Assembly: GCA_032718475.1 (NCBI GenBank)
Contig: JAUCBJ010009008.1
Location: forward strand, 1-39,110
Length of the DNA: 39,110 nt
Origin: Nemertoderma westbladi
Taxonomy: Eukaryota > Animalia > Xenacoelomorpha
Reading direction: 5' to 3'
The notes beneath the pieces are model-generated. The model made no database searches. It saw nothing but the letters and a program-made list of their open reading frames with translations, and was not told the DNA's origin. The position numbers and the translations under genes were made by a program. Shown one piece after another: positions 11,368 to 23,629 of this stretch. The stretch's first letter is position 1. Every line of letters starts with the position of its first letter.

Positions 11368-11833
11368 CTGAGATTAAAGACAAAACAATGAAGCAGATAT
11401 TAATTGAAGTAAAAAATGAATTTTACGATAGATGAGTACTATTACATTCTTTACAAATAAAAAATTATTATTATTAAAACAAATATTCCACAATAACTAT
11501 TTATTATGTTATAATATTAATATTATAATATAATATTATTATACTATTTATAAACAATAATCATATCATATTTATGTATAAAATACAGAAAAATTTAACA
11601 TTTAAATTACAAATTAATCAATTTAAATTTGTTATTAAGGAGTATTAGTAAAGAATGTGAAACTTTTCCAGTAATATAGAAATAAATTAAATAAAAAGGA
11701 CAATGTTCTAGCCAATATATAGCATTATAGCGCATAGTAGCATATATTTAATAAGTTATATTAATGTTGTTGATACTTCAGATCAGAGGTATTAACAAAC
11801 CAATTAGCCGTTAGGTTAGTAGTGTGACTTTAC
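11368..11833 (-). other. Candidate 5'-UTR intron of the FGF gene
   Basis: Strong minus-strand acceptor TCTGCTTCATTGTTTTGTCTTTAATCTCAG|C ending at 11368, a very AT-rich interior, and a possible donor GAAG|GTAAAG at 11833. The donor is much less certain than the acceptor. Confidence 0.35.
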
Positions 11834-14804
11834 CTTCAGTCCGGAAGAAGACATATCCCAATTATAGAATTATAAAATTTAAGTCGCAATACTTAGATGG
11901 GGACTTTAAATCTGAAGATAGCCAACTTTTGTTGGCTCTCATAGATTGGCTGTGAAAAACTGAGGTCTAATATAAATCAACAACAAATACCACCATGCCA
12001 TGCGATATGATTATTCGATTAAGCGAGATGACTATTTATTTCACCTTATGCGATGTGGATTCAAGCGCAATGTTGTATACGTATGAATGAAAGAATGAGT
12101 ATTATAATAGGGCCTACTGTGTTTATATTCGGTGTATTCGGTAGCCCGGCTATTAGGCAATGATATGTTGGGTCATTAAATGGATAGGATACCATAGCTA
12201 ATTCATAAAAGATATGATGGTTTCAATAGGGACTTAGTTCCTGGCAAATCTTTTGTAGATGCAAATAGTGTTGGCAAACGAGGGCACCTCCAGTAATGTA
12301 CAACACTGAATATGTAGCTAAAGTAGAATGTCCCGGGGCGCAACATATCGCGCCATACACTGTAAATGCGATACAGTAGTCGTAAAGGTCACAAGCGTGA
12401 CCACTAATAATGTTACAACAACCTATGGGCTTTTCTACTTCGAATTAGAGTGTTAGTGTAAATAACAACAGACAGTGATAATGAAATTGCGATTCATTGT
12501 CAAGTTTTGCACGTGTAAATACCAGTAACGTAGGTCACCATAGTCTCCATATTGTATTTGTATAGAGCAGAACCACTACTTTATATATGTACCGGTAGTC
12601 CATTCATGCATGTGAGGTTGAGTTCGAGACAAGGACTACACTTTCATGAGTTGAGGGTGATAAGATTAAGTGCACTTACTGTAGTAGACCTATGCATGTG
12701 GACCACGTTTAGTAAACATACTGTATATAAGGCCGCGATGTAGACATAAAAGTGATCTGTAAAGATTACTGGTATCTATAAAATCTAGTGTATTATTGTA
12801 TCAAATGTTGAGACACAAATATGTTTTTACTATGTACCAATAATATATCAATCAAATACAATGATGATGAATGACATTAAACTACAATTCAATACAAAAA
12901 GGTACAATGTGAGGGACAATTTCAAAGTACCTGATATTAAAGGGACTCGTTACAACCCGACAACTCGTGCCCTAGCTAACTAGTACGAATATTGTAAGGT
13001 ATTTATCCTCATTACCAGTAATTCATAAATTGCAGACGTCAATGAGATCTGAGATCGTTGCACTTTTAGCACTTTCTAGCTCTTTCTAGCTCTTTCATGG
13101 GAAATGTCATCAAATGTCATCACCAGGATGGGAACATGTCCAACATTGTGTGCCCTGCAGTATATGTAGCATCAACGCAATTACTAACCTCAGCTATAAA
13201 AGCCCATCAAGGAATCCCATTGTGCACCGCAGAAAAGTACCACATGGCTCATACCACAGGGCTATCATCAGATCACCAAATAGAAGAATCTGAAATCAAA
13301 CAAGAGTCAACAACAGCCTTGGCCTTGAAATTAACCACTCCAATGTAGGCTTGCTGGAACTTGAAGAACTTTAAGGATTTAGTTAACTGGTATGATTTCG
13401 AGATCCTGGACAGTCGGTTGGTGGTAGACCAATTATTGCTACCTTGCACCGGTTTGCCTCCTAACTAGCTCTTATAAGCGAGAATGATCACACAGCCATA
13501 CGTTTACTGCCAGCAGATTGGTATTCGTGCTGATATCAGCACCTCAGTTCCAAGATCCACCATCACCATTCATCACGTGGATTTCATGTAGTACACATGA
13601 AATGTGGGGATCCGATATTGAAATTGTAATTATCAAATTATGTTGTTCCACATCGATATATTTATATAGTACGCTAAAAAGTCTCTAAATTTAAACAAAC
13701 CACAACATTTACAATATTGAAAAGCACAATGTATGTTATATAAGCATTTAGAAGTAACTAGAATATTTGTTGTTAATTTGAATCACAAATTACATTTTAG
13801 ATAATGTTTTCGATCTTCCAAGCAAGATCATCTAGTTTGTCAACTTTTGCCATTTAAGCTCATCAAATTGACATTATGAGTGACATTATATGATCACGTG
13901 TTCACATGATATACTGTGTATATCAGTGGTTTCCTCATGAGTGTGTACCATTCAATATCTTTAACATGATATTATATAAGATGATGATTCGTCGGACTGT
14001 ATAGTATGCTAGTTGCAGTTTATGAATATTTGTAACGCAATAAGTACAGTAGACACGCAAAATGAAAGGCGAAACGGTCCTGGTCTCAACCCCAATTCAT
14101 TAGTTTAATAATAAATTATGTACTATATAGTTAGTTACCAGAAACTCAGTGGAGTACGTATTTTATAGATTGTTATAGACAAATATATCTACAATGCCAA
14201 ATGGAACTGGGATACTAATTAAGTTAGCTATGCAACAGTTGTTGCGGTTAGATCTATAAAGATGTCATATGAAGACATCATTGTTTTAATCTAGGGAATT
14301 AAGATCTCCCCATTGGTGGTTTCTAAGGCGGCAGCTGGTGGTGTGATGTTGGAATATCCATGACAACCTGTGTAAAAATTTACTTAAATTACTGAAAGTG
14401 TATAGGCCCACAGCCCTACTATAATTTTTAAATTGGCGGCAAAAATTTCTTGGCAACAACCTTTAGCTTAATGATTGATAGACAATATAATCTGTCACTT
14501 CATGACGGGATATTCCTCGCAAGTTTGCACCACATTAATTAATACAGTGTGAGCCAAAAACAATGACACAATTACAATGTCTGTCAAGCAAAAGTATAAC
14601 AGCTTGCAATGTAGTGAAGTACGAACATGTGGTATCGAACTGGGGGACTCCGATGGATACAGTAAATAAATTCGCAAAAATATGGATCTGGGAAGAAGAG
14701 ACATGTGAGAAAACTTTGACGCAAATCCCATCTTAGCGAATTAATATCTTGTCTGAATTTTAAATTATCTATTAAAGGAAAGGAACAGGTTACAGTGGGA
14801 CGTT

Positions 14805-15465
14805 ACTACTACTCGGTCGAGCGAGCTTGGACAGTGGAATGAGATCCTCCCAGGCTTCCCGATTCTCCATAGTTGTCGCAATTTCGTTTCTCAATATCCC
14901 TTTCAAGCTGGTCTATATATGTTATAGTCGGTGGTCCTCGGGCTACGCTTTCCTTGTGTCGATTACCAGAAAAGTAGATCTGGTACGATCTCATGTTTAC
15001 TTCTACAACAGTTCCCACTCAATATTAATCTGTGTTCACGACGTGTGGTTGATACAGGTGGTATTTCTGTACCTTAATTAAAGCTCGGCTCTTGTAATGT
15101 GTTGTCTCCAGCTGATGATTGGGGCTGCCCTTAGTAGTAGTCTTGTGTAGCAACCATCAATTTGTTGATCAAGTGATTTCGTCAGTGTCCAGGTCTCACC
15201 CTCAAATAAAAGTACACTTTCCACTGTGGCTCGAAAGAACGTAGTCTTCCGGTGCCGGAGAGGTCAGATTTACAGATGGTATCCATTTTTGATAGAGCTA
15301 CCCATGCCTTTGCTTTCCTAAACCCTACGTCTTTCTGGCTGCTCTCAATCAGTGATCCGAGGTACTGGAAGTCATCAATCTTCCTTAGATTATTACCAAA
15401 TTTGGTCAAGTTTCTATTAATATTACCAGTCATGAATTCGGCGTTGGTAGCATTTATATGCACTA
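14805..15465 (-). mobile_element. 5'-truncated, degenerate RTE-like LINE (end of RT domain, C-terminus and tail)
   Basis: Across frames: IDDFQYLGSLI, RKAKAWVALSKMDTI, ATVESVLL..ETWTLTKSLDQQIDGCYTRLL, ISWRQHIT, RGPPTITYIDQLERD. Ends in a short (TAG)n tail. Confidence 0.85.
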
Positions 15466-16671
15466 TGCAAATAAACCGCTTAGCAGTAGTTAGTGTTTAT
15501 GACTGTAGTTGCCGGATATTCCTTCCGCAATTTCTGCTTTACTATTGTGAATCCCAGATCTTCTTTATCAGATTGCATACTCCAATTCAATTATGAATAG
15601 TAATATGCCAATGTGTCAATTTGCAGATTCAGTTACATCATCTGGTTTCAAAGTAAACCTGAGCTTCTGTGGCACATAATCTAGCATTTTACCTCTACGG
15701 TACTATGAATGGAGTCGAATGCTTTGTTTGAATGACACGCAGTTTCTCAATGTGAGTACTAATTCTATATCGAATTATTTTGTATCAGCTATCACAAGGA
15801 GACTAATCCTACGATAGTTTGTTGGTATACAGTGGCACGTTATTCTAACCAAAACATTAAAAGTAAGTAAATGGAACCGGACACAGTTTTATTTTAGGAT
15901 TAATCACCTGTTATGTGCGTCAATTTTATCCTCGAGACGTATGAATTTTGATTGCATCGAAAATCCCCCCTTTCTGGGGAAGAAATGCACTTTATGTCTG
16001 GTATATTACCCGCCCCTCCAACAGTCAAGTGGACAAATAAGTGCTAAACCATAGAAAGTTGCTAGCAGAAACAACCTGTGTTAATAACATTTTAACATGC
16101 AGTTTGAGTTGACCTCAAGCAGCCCCCCAACTAAATAATTATGCTGTATACTTAGTTTTCCACTATCTTTATATGTAGTTACGGACATTCAAACAATTAT
16201 ATTACTTGAAACACACATTCTTTTATTTAGAAAGGTGGCATATAATACTGAGGTTGTGATTAACATTAGTTGTTTAAAAGATAACATTGTTAAAATTCTC
16301 TGGGAATTTTATTTGGAAAAATGAATACTCTCAAAGGCTGTAATATTAGGAAAGCAGATGGTTGGGGTCATCACCTATATATATGTACTTAGGCGGAACT
16401 GAATTGAAGATTAATATTAAAGGACATCAATAATTCCCCTGGAAGGAGTTGAATTGTGATTATTTCGTTGGTATTATATATACCCGAAATTGGCAAATTC
16501 TTATCTCTAACTGATCTTAAGAACCTGGACAAAATAAAAACGAATGTATAAAAAACGTAATTTAAACATGTCAAAAAGTAAAAAAATGTAATAAAAACGA
16601 ATCTTGGGAATGTATCTTTAAACAAAATATATATATGGTCCGTCGCTGAATAAGTAGGCCTACTATTCATC

Positions 16672-16762
16672 TAGGGAGTATAACTCTGGGGGAATCGCAC
16701 TGGAAATGTATCGTCAGACTTTGAATTTAGCCGTAATCCCTGGCCAAATTGCCGAATAAAAC
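16672..16762 (+). mobile_element. Isolated SINE/LINE 3' tail related to the tail of the 8510-8790 SINE
   Basis: GGGGAGTATAACTCTGGGGGAATCGCACTGGAAATGTATCGTCAGACTTTG...CGTAATCCCTGGCC matches the reverse complement of 8542-8618. Confidence 0.75.
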
Positions 16763-16851
16763 ATTTTGTCTTCCGATATAAATATTATCAGGATACCTAC
16801 GGTACGGATTCACTTTACTAGGAGACCTACACATATATACTTGTTGCAAAG

Positions 16852-16946
16852 TACTTTACATTGTTCTGATCCTCGTGGCTTTATTTTCACTCACTCACTA
16901 ACGTTCGTTCGTGTAATAAAGAACTAGGATCATCACACTGTAAAGT
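16852..16946. repeat. Imperfect palindrome, probably the core of a small non-autonomous element
   Basis: ACTTTACA..TGATCCT..CTTTATT.. pairs with ..AATAAAG..AGGATCA..TGTAAAGT. Confidence 0.5.
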
Positions 16947-17046
16947 GCTACTTTACACAAAAGTATGTAAATAGTTATTACAAAATATCTATTATTTTTT
17001 CTAGAACAAAGAACAATTATAAATTATATGAAACGGACTTAGCTAA

Positions 17047-17250
17047 AGGCCATGATACACCACAGGAGCGGCGAGCGGCCGCGGCAAGCGGCCACTTTTT
17101 AAAAATAGAACAGATTATTTTCAACGTGTTATGATACACCACAAATGGCTGCTGCCGCTCGCCGCTCCTATAGTGTATCATACTAAAAGTCGCCGCTCAC
17201 ATCGGCCGCTCGCCGCGGCCGCTCGCCGCTCCTGTGGTGTATCATGACCT
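17047..17250. mobile_element. MITE with ~47-bp GC-rich TIRs (PIF/Harbinger- or Kolobok-like)
   Basis: AGGCCATGATACACCACAGGAGCGGCGAGCGGCCGCGGCAAGCGGCC / GGCCGCTCGCCGCGGCCGCTCGCCGCTCCTGTGGTGTATCATGACCT. Flanks are CTAA and TTAA, so the superfamily is ambiguous. Confidence 0.9.
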
Positions 17251-17344
17251 TTAATAAAATTAGTTTTTAGTGTTGTAACAAGTTAGGAACGACCTTATTT
17301 ATTTTGCAATTTTCATAATTTCAACCCACCATTTATTGTTTGGT

Positions 17345-17440
17345 GGGGGGCAATTGTCCGGGGGGAAATTCTCAGTTGGGGGTAATTGTCCGTGGGGCAA
17401 TATTCCGAGAGAAAGGGTCCGAGGGACAATTGTCCTGTCA
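17345..17440. repeat. Degenerate GGGGCAATTGTCC tandem block (MITE subterminal-type repeat)
   Basis: About 5 variants of GGGG(C/T/A)AATTGTCC. Confidence 0.6.
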
Positions 17441-17809
17441 CGATAACAATTTGACTGTTAACTAGAAAATTTACCTGTATCTCCAGAAAAGAAAGAAGTT
17501 CTCCATAAATCTTAGACAATTAATTATATATTTTGTTTAATGGGAACTGCTGCTACCAAACCACGGCTTTTTTTATTGGCATTGCAATAACCTGAAGCCG
17601 AATAATCGGTATTACAGAATGGTTTCCTCGGTCAGTAGGTATTTTTCTATTAAATCTTCAAATAGAGAGAACTCTTCGCACTAGAGTTTCTAGGCTGGGG
17701 GCATGTAGAATAACTACACAGTAGATATACTGATAGATATTAGCAATAGTAGACCTATTATATATTAGTGCCAATGAGTATATACTGTAAATAAGCCTAC
17801 ATTTATGGC

Positions 17810-18125
17810 TGATAATCCCGGAGGGATTAGAAAGGGTCCAATCCCGCAACCCCAGGATAAATCCCGGGATTTAGAATTTCAGGAATAATTTCAGGGGGGG
17901 GGGGGGGGGGGTCAGGGGGTCAGGGTGTTTGAGACAAACTTTGACATATTGAGGAATGAACTCCAATTTACTGTAGTAATGAAACTAGTATTGTGGTTAC
18001 TATATACCAAATTGCTGCTGTCAGACTGTAGAAATGCCCTAACCAAAATCCCGCAAATCCCGGGATTTAAGTTCTTGGATCCTGGGATTTCATGATTGCA
18101 GGTCTTCTTCAGGAATCCAACCCTA
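17810..18125. mobile_element. Degenerate MITE-like element built on AATCCCGGGATT palindromic motifs
   Basis: Clusters of AATCCCG/CGGGATT at 17814-17872 and 18047-18090, with an internal poly-G run. Confidence 0.45.
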
Positions 18126-18650
18126 CCTTCTTGCCTTCATTGCCATATATTTCTTAAGGAAATACAGTAATTACATTTCTATATTTTATGCGTCATAATA
18201 ACATTACTTGGCAATAATATATTTAATAAGTATAATTAACCATTGTTTCTACAACCTAAAATGGTAGAATGTCTGAGTTCGAACAAAGGGTTTGTCGATC
18301 AATTAGGGAAGATGGGGTGATAGCAGAAAATGAATTATATGTGGGATAATCTAAGGAAGGGGGTTTGATGATGTGTCATCGGGGGTTGAACTATTTGTTG
18401 TTGTATTGTACAGTAGTACAGTAGGGCTAAGGTCCCATTTGTTGGGCCGATTTACTGCTTAGCGACCACATGTAGTGGGAGCGAGTGAGACTTGAACCCC
18501 AAAAGTTATAATCGTTCTAAAGAACAGATAAATTAATTTTTCAATGTCGTTTTAACTTTATCACATTACATTTATCATTGCTATCATTATGTCAGAGATT
18601 GAGAATTTCAATTCTTAAACTTTTTTAATTAAAACCAATAATTCGTATTT

Positions 18651-19775
18651 GGGCATTTCCACAGGAAATGGGACACGATATGAAAAAAATAAAACTTTAA
18701 AAAATAAGCAATATTTATTGGGTAAAATTTCATTAATTTTTCGAATTTGACAAAATTTACATTGATTTCAGGGTATAAAATTGGAAATTTTGCGATATAT
18801 CGACCATCATCAAGAAAAAACGTAAAACACGTAAAAACGAAAAAAATACCAAAATTCAAGGCGAAATATTTTCTTTACTGTTTATCAATATAGGCTATCC
18901 TTGGTATCACTGTAATCAGCCGCAAATGCACATTCCAATTAGGTAGTTCTACGCCATAAATATAGAACGCTTCTCGTACAATAAGCATTAATAGCTACCT
19001 GTATCCAATTGTAACGTCCGACACTTTTTTTTACATTTTTTCTCAATTACTTCTCTATTGTTTGGCAAACCATATCGAACTTAAAATGACTCAATGCCGA
19101 CGTAAGATGGCGTCTCTTTTGCCATTTACAGCAATCCAGGCTATCATAAAGGCTGTGATTTCAGTGAAAAAATTTCAAAATTTCAAAATTCACCCCTTAG
19201 TATTTTGATGGTATATTTGGCAATTGTTGGTGAAATTTAAAATAGTTTTCAGATTCGGAATCTGCAGATGAAGGCGGTTCTAATGATATATAGATTTCAT
19301 TCCAAAGACGAAAAATAAAGCCGACAGAGGTGGCTAAATATTGCTCATTTTTATGTAACGTCCAACACGTATCGTCCGACACCATTCCGTACAACTTTGA
19401 ATTGCAAATGTCGGCTTCAAAAGATCTGCAGTGCAATTTAGAAAACCTTTTCGAAATATAGAATAGTTGAGCTACATTTTGAGCCCAAAAATAATAATAT
19501 ACTAGTCTTCGGCATTAATTAATTGCAATAAAAAGTAAAATATGTACAATAAAAAGTGTCCTATTTTTGTAACGTCCGACACCTTTTTAAAAGTCAACTG
19601 TTTAAGAAGAAGAACGTTTACCAATGCAGAGTATTTGCGATATTCTGAAAGATTAATAAATTGTCTCATTTATTCAAAGCACTCTGATGTCAAAAATTCA
19701 AGTATTTTCGTAAATTTAAAGAAAAACATTCAAAAATCGAGAATGTCCGTAACGTCCGACACCGTGGAATTGCCC
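18651..19775. mobile_element. Non-autonomous DNA transposon with 4-bp TSD (Sola-like)
   Basis: Short TIRs GGGCATTTCCAC / GTGGAATTGCCC, an ATTT duplication (18647-18650, 19776-19779), and the internal motif GTAACGTCCGACAC about 5 times. Confidence 0.7.
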
Positions 19776-20040
19776 ATTTTCGAATTAAAGCGTTAAGTCT
19801 CCCTCAATGGGAGACTTGACACCTAGGGTGGGAGACTTGAACCCCCATTCCCATTTTTGTAAATTCGTACAAAAATCCATTAGAGGTGAAATAATGTTCA
19901 ACATGTCTATTTTATAGTAGGCCTACAGTAGAGCAGAGAAAAAAACAAAAAATACGATTATTAATTTGTCAAATTATTATCCAAAATGTTATACAAATTT
20001 ATGCGGTCGTTCAAATGGTTCTCCTAACAAGGACGAAATA

Positions 20041-20140
20041 ATTAATAGTGCATTAATAGTGCATTAATAGTGCATTAATAGTGCATTAATAGTGCATTAA
20101 TAGTGCATTAATAGTGCATTAATAATGCATTAATAGTGCA
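20041..20140. repeat. 11-bp tandem repeat (ATTAATAGTGC) x9
   Basis: Read directly. Confidence 0.95.
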
Positions 20141-20631
20141 CATATTATCATTATGATTAAACACATCCCATACAGTATAAGGATTAATTTAATACAAAGA
20201 TTATCCCGCATTTTAATCACTAATTTTAATGGGGGACCAAGGGCAGTCAGTAGTGGGTAATGTTGGGGCAGCAAGTGCAGTGGGTTTTATTGGGGCGTCA
20301 TGGGTATTGTTGGGGCGTTGGGGCGCCCCAACCATTTATTTCGTTGTTAAAAATGTATAACCCCGTGAGACCAAGTTGCTGAATTTCACGATATATAGAT
20401 TGACAAAAGTGAAAGTAACACAATTGATGAATATAATTTGGAAGAAGGTCCTGAACAGCGGGTTAGCCCAGTTCGCAATCAGACATAATTTTATGATTTT
20501 AGGTATCACTACACCCCACTGATCATCGAAATGCGTGATAACTGACAATTTTTAGCCATTATGTCTTCCATTTTTAATCGGTAGTTGATGAGGTAATGTC
20601 GAGTTTCTGCAACAGATAGTAGCTTTAGAGC

Positions 20632-21084
20632 CCCGTTTCGGCAACTCAGTCGCGTTTCGGCAACTGATTGATGCATTTTGTGTTTCAGACAGACAGACTC
20701 CAGTTCGAAACGTACACATCTACAACTTCAGCTGCAGTAGGCCTATATTTAAAATTAACTAACTAACTCAAACAGTTAACAACTGTGCCGTCAAAAACTA
20801 TAACTAACTTAAACTTGTCGTCATTTATAATATACTTACATAATGAGTGCAGTCACAAATACATTACATACGACGAGGGTATGCTACCTATTTGCCGAAA
20901 CGCGATTTCATTTCACCGAAATGCAACTACAGTTGCCGAAATGAAACTACAGTACGAGTTGCCGAAACACAACTATAGCAGTTGGTGAAACGTAATTGTT
21001 CAGTTGCCGAAACGTAATTGTTCAGTTGCCGAAACGCAAATTTGAGTTGACTAAACGTGACAGTTGCCGAAATGCGACAGAGCC
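20632..21084. mobile_element. MITE-like element with inverted subterminal repeat arrays
   Basis: CGTTTCGGCAACT x2 on the left; (C)AGTTGCCGAAAC/TG x5-7 on the right in the opposite orientation. Confidence 0.65.
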
Positions 21085-22379
21085 GTTGATGAGTACCTGT
21101 TTCCTTGGGGGAGTACATACCTGGGGGGGGGGGGGGGGGTCACTGGATCACTGGCAATAAGTTGACAAGCGCAACTACCGCAGAACTCTTATATTTTTTA
21201 CTCTAGTTAAGAACTTTTATTTTTATGCAATAATTATTAAATGTAAACTTCAATAATGTATTTGGTGTTATATTTTTCATGTTGGTTGTTTAGCGGTGGG
21301 TGGCAAAAATAGACATTGAGGAGGGGGGACTTCTCCTTGAGGCAATTGTACATGCACCACATAAGTCTGTAAGTGCTAACGCGGGATTTCCTTGGTAAAG
21401 TGACACCATACCAGTGATTTCTGAAAGTACCAATGTGCTAACTCAGTAACAGACTTTAGCATCATTTAGCAACACCAATTCTGCACCACCCGCAAGAGGG
21501 CTGAAGTGTTCTAAAGTGCTAACTTACTAAAAACACCAATAACAATAGTAATATTAGCAAAGTTAGGAGTTTGAAGTGATGGTATCTGTAAATCTTGAAA
21601 GATAATGATTAGGTGTTTTTGTGTTGAATATTTCAAGACACCACACATCATAAAATGCTAACTCATTATTCGTTCTTTGGGATGTGAAAGGATATTGAAT
21701 ATATTATAATATTAAATATGTAATCATTTGTTTCAAAAATATCAATATTTATTTAGTTTCAACAACGTCAATAGAATCAAAATATAATATAATATATTAA
21801 AATTTATGTAACATTACAGAACATAGTTGTTCTAATGTTTCTTATAGTGTTATTGATTGTTTGAAAATCAAGATGCTCAGAATAAATTTAAATTACATTA
21901 CTTGAACGTTACAAATTGGTTGGTAACATTATTTCAACGTTTCAAATTGATTAGAAACTGAATTGGGGGGTGGGGGGGGGGGGGTGGGGTGTACACACCA
22001 AATTTTATACTACTGTACCAAGTTTTTGGTAATTTCATTTGTGAAAATGTTCTCAAACATATAAAATATATTCAATTAAAATATTTTATAATGTTCTATA
22101 TTTTTCATTTTCAAAATAAAATAGAGAATTCTAAAAAAATGATCTCCTTTTTAAACAATAGAACATACATTTCTGCATTTCCAATCGCTGATTTCTCAGG
22201 CTACCAAAGGGGGTCAGAACCTTGATGCGCATATAAGACAATGAATGCTTGTATTTATGGATATATGTTACCACTATATGATTTCTGCTGACTGGAATTA
22301 TTTATTTCTGAAACACATTGTCATCTATATTGTGATCTATGGTTGATTAAAAAGCAATAAACACAATAAACGCAATAAA

Positions 22380-22635
22380 TAGAATGCTGTGCCGGCTTGA
22401 CGACAAAATTGAGCCACCACAACTCCCTCTCATCCATGACATTTGCTAGATCATCCGAATCTTCAAGGCCAGTGTCCTTTAAGGTGCGTCTCAAGAAAGT
22501 CATGGGCTGTCCACCATGCTTATTCACTCCATGAGGCTGCCAAAGTACAAGATTACGCACTGGCTGGTCCTCACGGCGAAAGCATACTGAAATGGGGCAT
22601 CTCTGACCCTCGTATGTTGTCGGTTAATATGTAAA
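22380..22635 (-). mobile_element. RTE-like LINE 3' fragment
   Basis: LVLWQPHG...GGQPMTFLRRTLKDTGLEDSDDLANVMDERELW is the same C-terminal region type as 14805-15465. Confidence 0.7.
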
Positions 22636-22699
22636 AATCCAAAACGGTGCATTAATGTGTAACATACACATAATTAATGTGTGTAAGGAGCTGTTTATG

Positions 22700-22870
22700 T
22701 GGAAAACAAGCCCAAAATCGCGAAAAGGTCCGCGTCTACTAACGCATGAACTGTCTCCTTGAATGGCTTACTACCAATCTTACAACAAAAAACATTCACC
22801 AGAATGCTGGGATTGAACCCGATACCTAGATATTCCAAGTCCCACGCTTTGCCAACTGAGCTAGGGCTGG
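22700..22870 (-). mobile_element. tRNA-derived SINE (or tRNA pseudogene) head
   Basis: Minus strand CTAGCTCAGTTGGCAAAGCG (A box) and GGGTTCAATCCC (B box). The anticodon and acceptor stems pair poorly. Confidence 0.7.
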
Positions 22871-23116
22871 GGTAAAACAGGCTGTAAACAAGGGGGGAAA
22901 ACAATTACGGGAAAAATGACCAGAGAGGGAGGAAAAACGCAGAGAGGAAGGAAAAACGCAACCACGTCTCAACCACTATCTCAACCACGTGCCTGACGGT
23001 CTGTTTGTCTGACGGTATGTCGTTGGTCGGTCTGTCGGTCTAATTTTTGGTTTCAATTAAATGAGGCAGTTTCTTGCGTCGCACAATTACGTGGTCCACC
23101 GCTACCATCCCGTGCT

Positions 23117-23246
23117 TGACTAGCTGACTGATACTGGTCGTCCGTATATTAAGTATATCCATTAAGAATACCAGATAACCAAAACTGTATGTCTACGGGA
23201 CTAAGCTACCCCAGGGGGCGAGCCATCGAGGCAAGTCTACTAAACA
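23117..23246 (-). repeat. 3' LTR (130 bp)
   Basis: Aligns ungapped with 28321-28450; 8 mismatches by my count. Confidence 0.95.
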
Positions 23247-23629
23247 TACCCCTTCAGCGAAGGGGGTGGGCTAAGTACGATCTAGTTCAGATACAGGTGG
23301 GGGCGTGCCATCTAGGCAAGTCTACTACATGAGTATAAGGGGATGGGGCGAGCCAAAGGGGTGGGCCTTCTATTCATTACCATATCCATAATATGCTGGC
23401 AGTTGGATGAGTCTGCCAGAACGAGTATGGGTTGGGTTGGTTGGGGGTTGAGAGGCAACGGTGGACCATGGCCTCTGTGTTGGTGGATCGTGTGGTGTTT
23501 GAGTCGCGGGTGTTGGTGGGGCGAGATGTGGTGGCAGTGTTGGCTCAGGTTGGGCAGTCGTAGGGGGTGGGGCGGGCGGGCCGCTAGGGGCGCGCTGAAT
23601 GTGCAGACACGCAAAAGGACGCGGTTCCG

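Noticed and set aside
11900-11950. CCAAT box plus TTTAAA as the FGF promoter
   Set aside because: The motifs are too short for an AT-rich region to support without transcript data.
13097-13348. 83-aa ORF
   Set aside because: No recognisable domain or splice context.
17894-21989. Poly-G runs at ~17894, ~21123 and ~21965 as regulatory G-quadruplexes
   Set aside because: Simple homopolymers in repeat context with unreliable length and no link to a gene.
22795-22870. Functional tRNA gene (also 34630-34700 and 8720-8790)
   Set aside because: A and B boxes are present but the acceptor and anticodon stems do not pair; better explained as SINE heads or pseudogenes.
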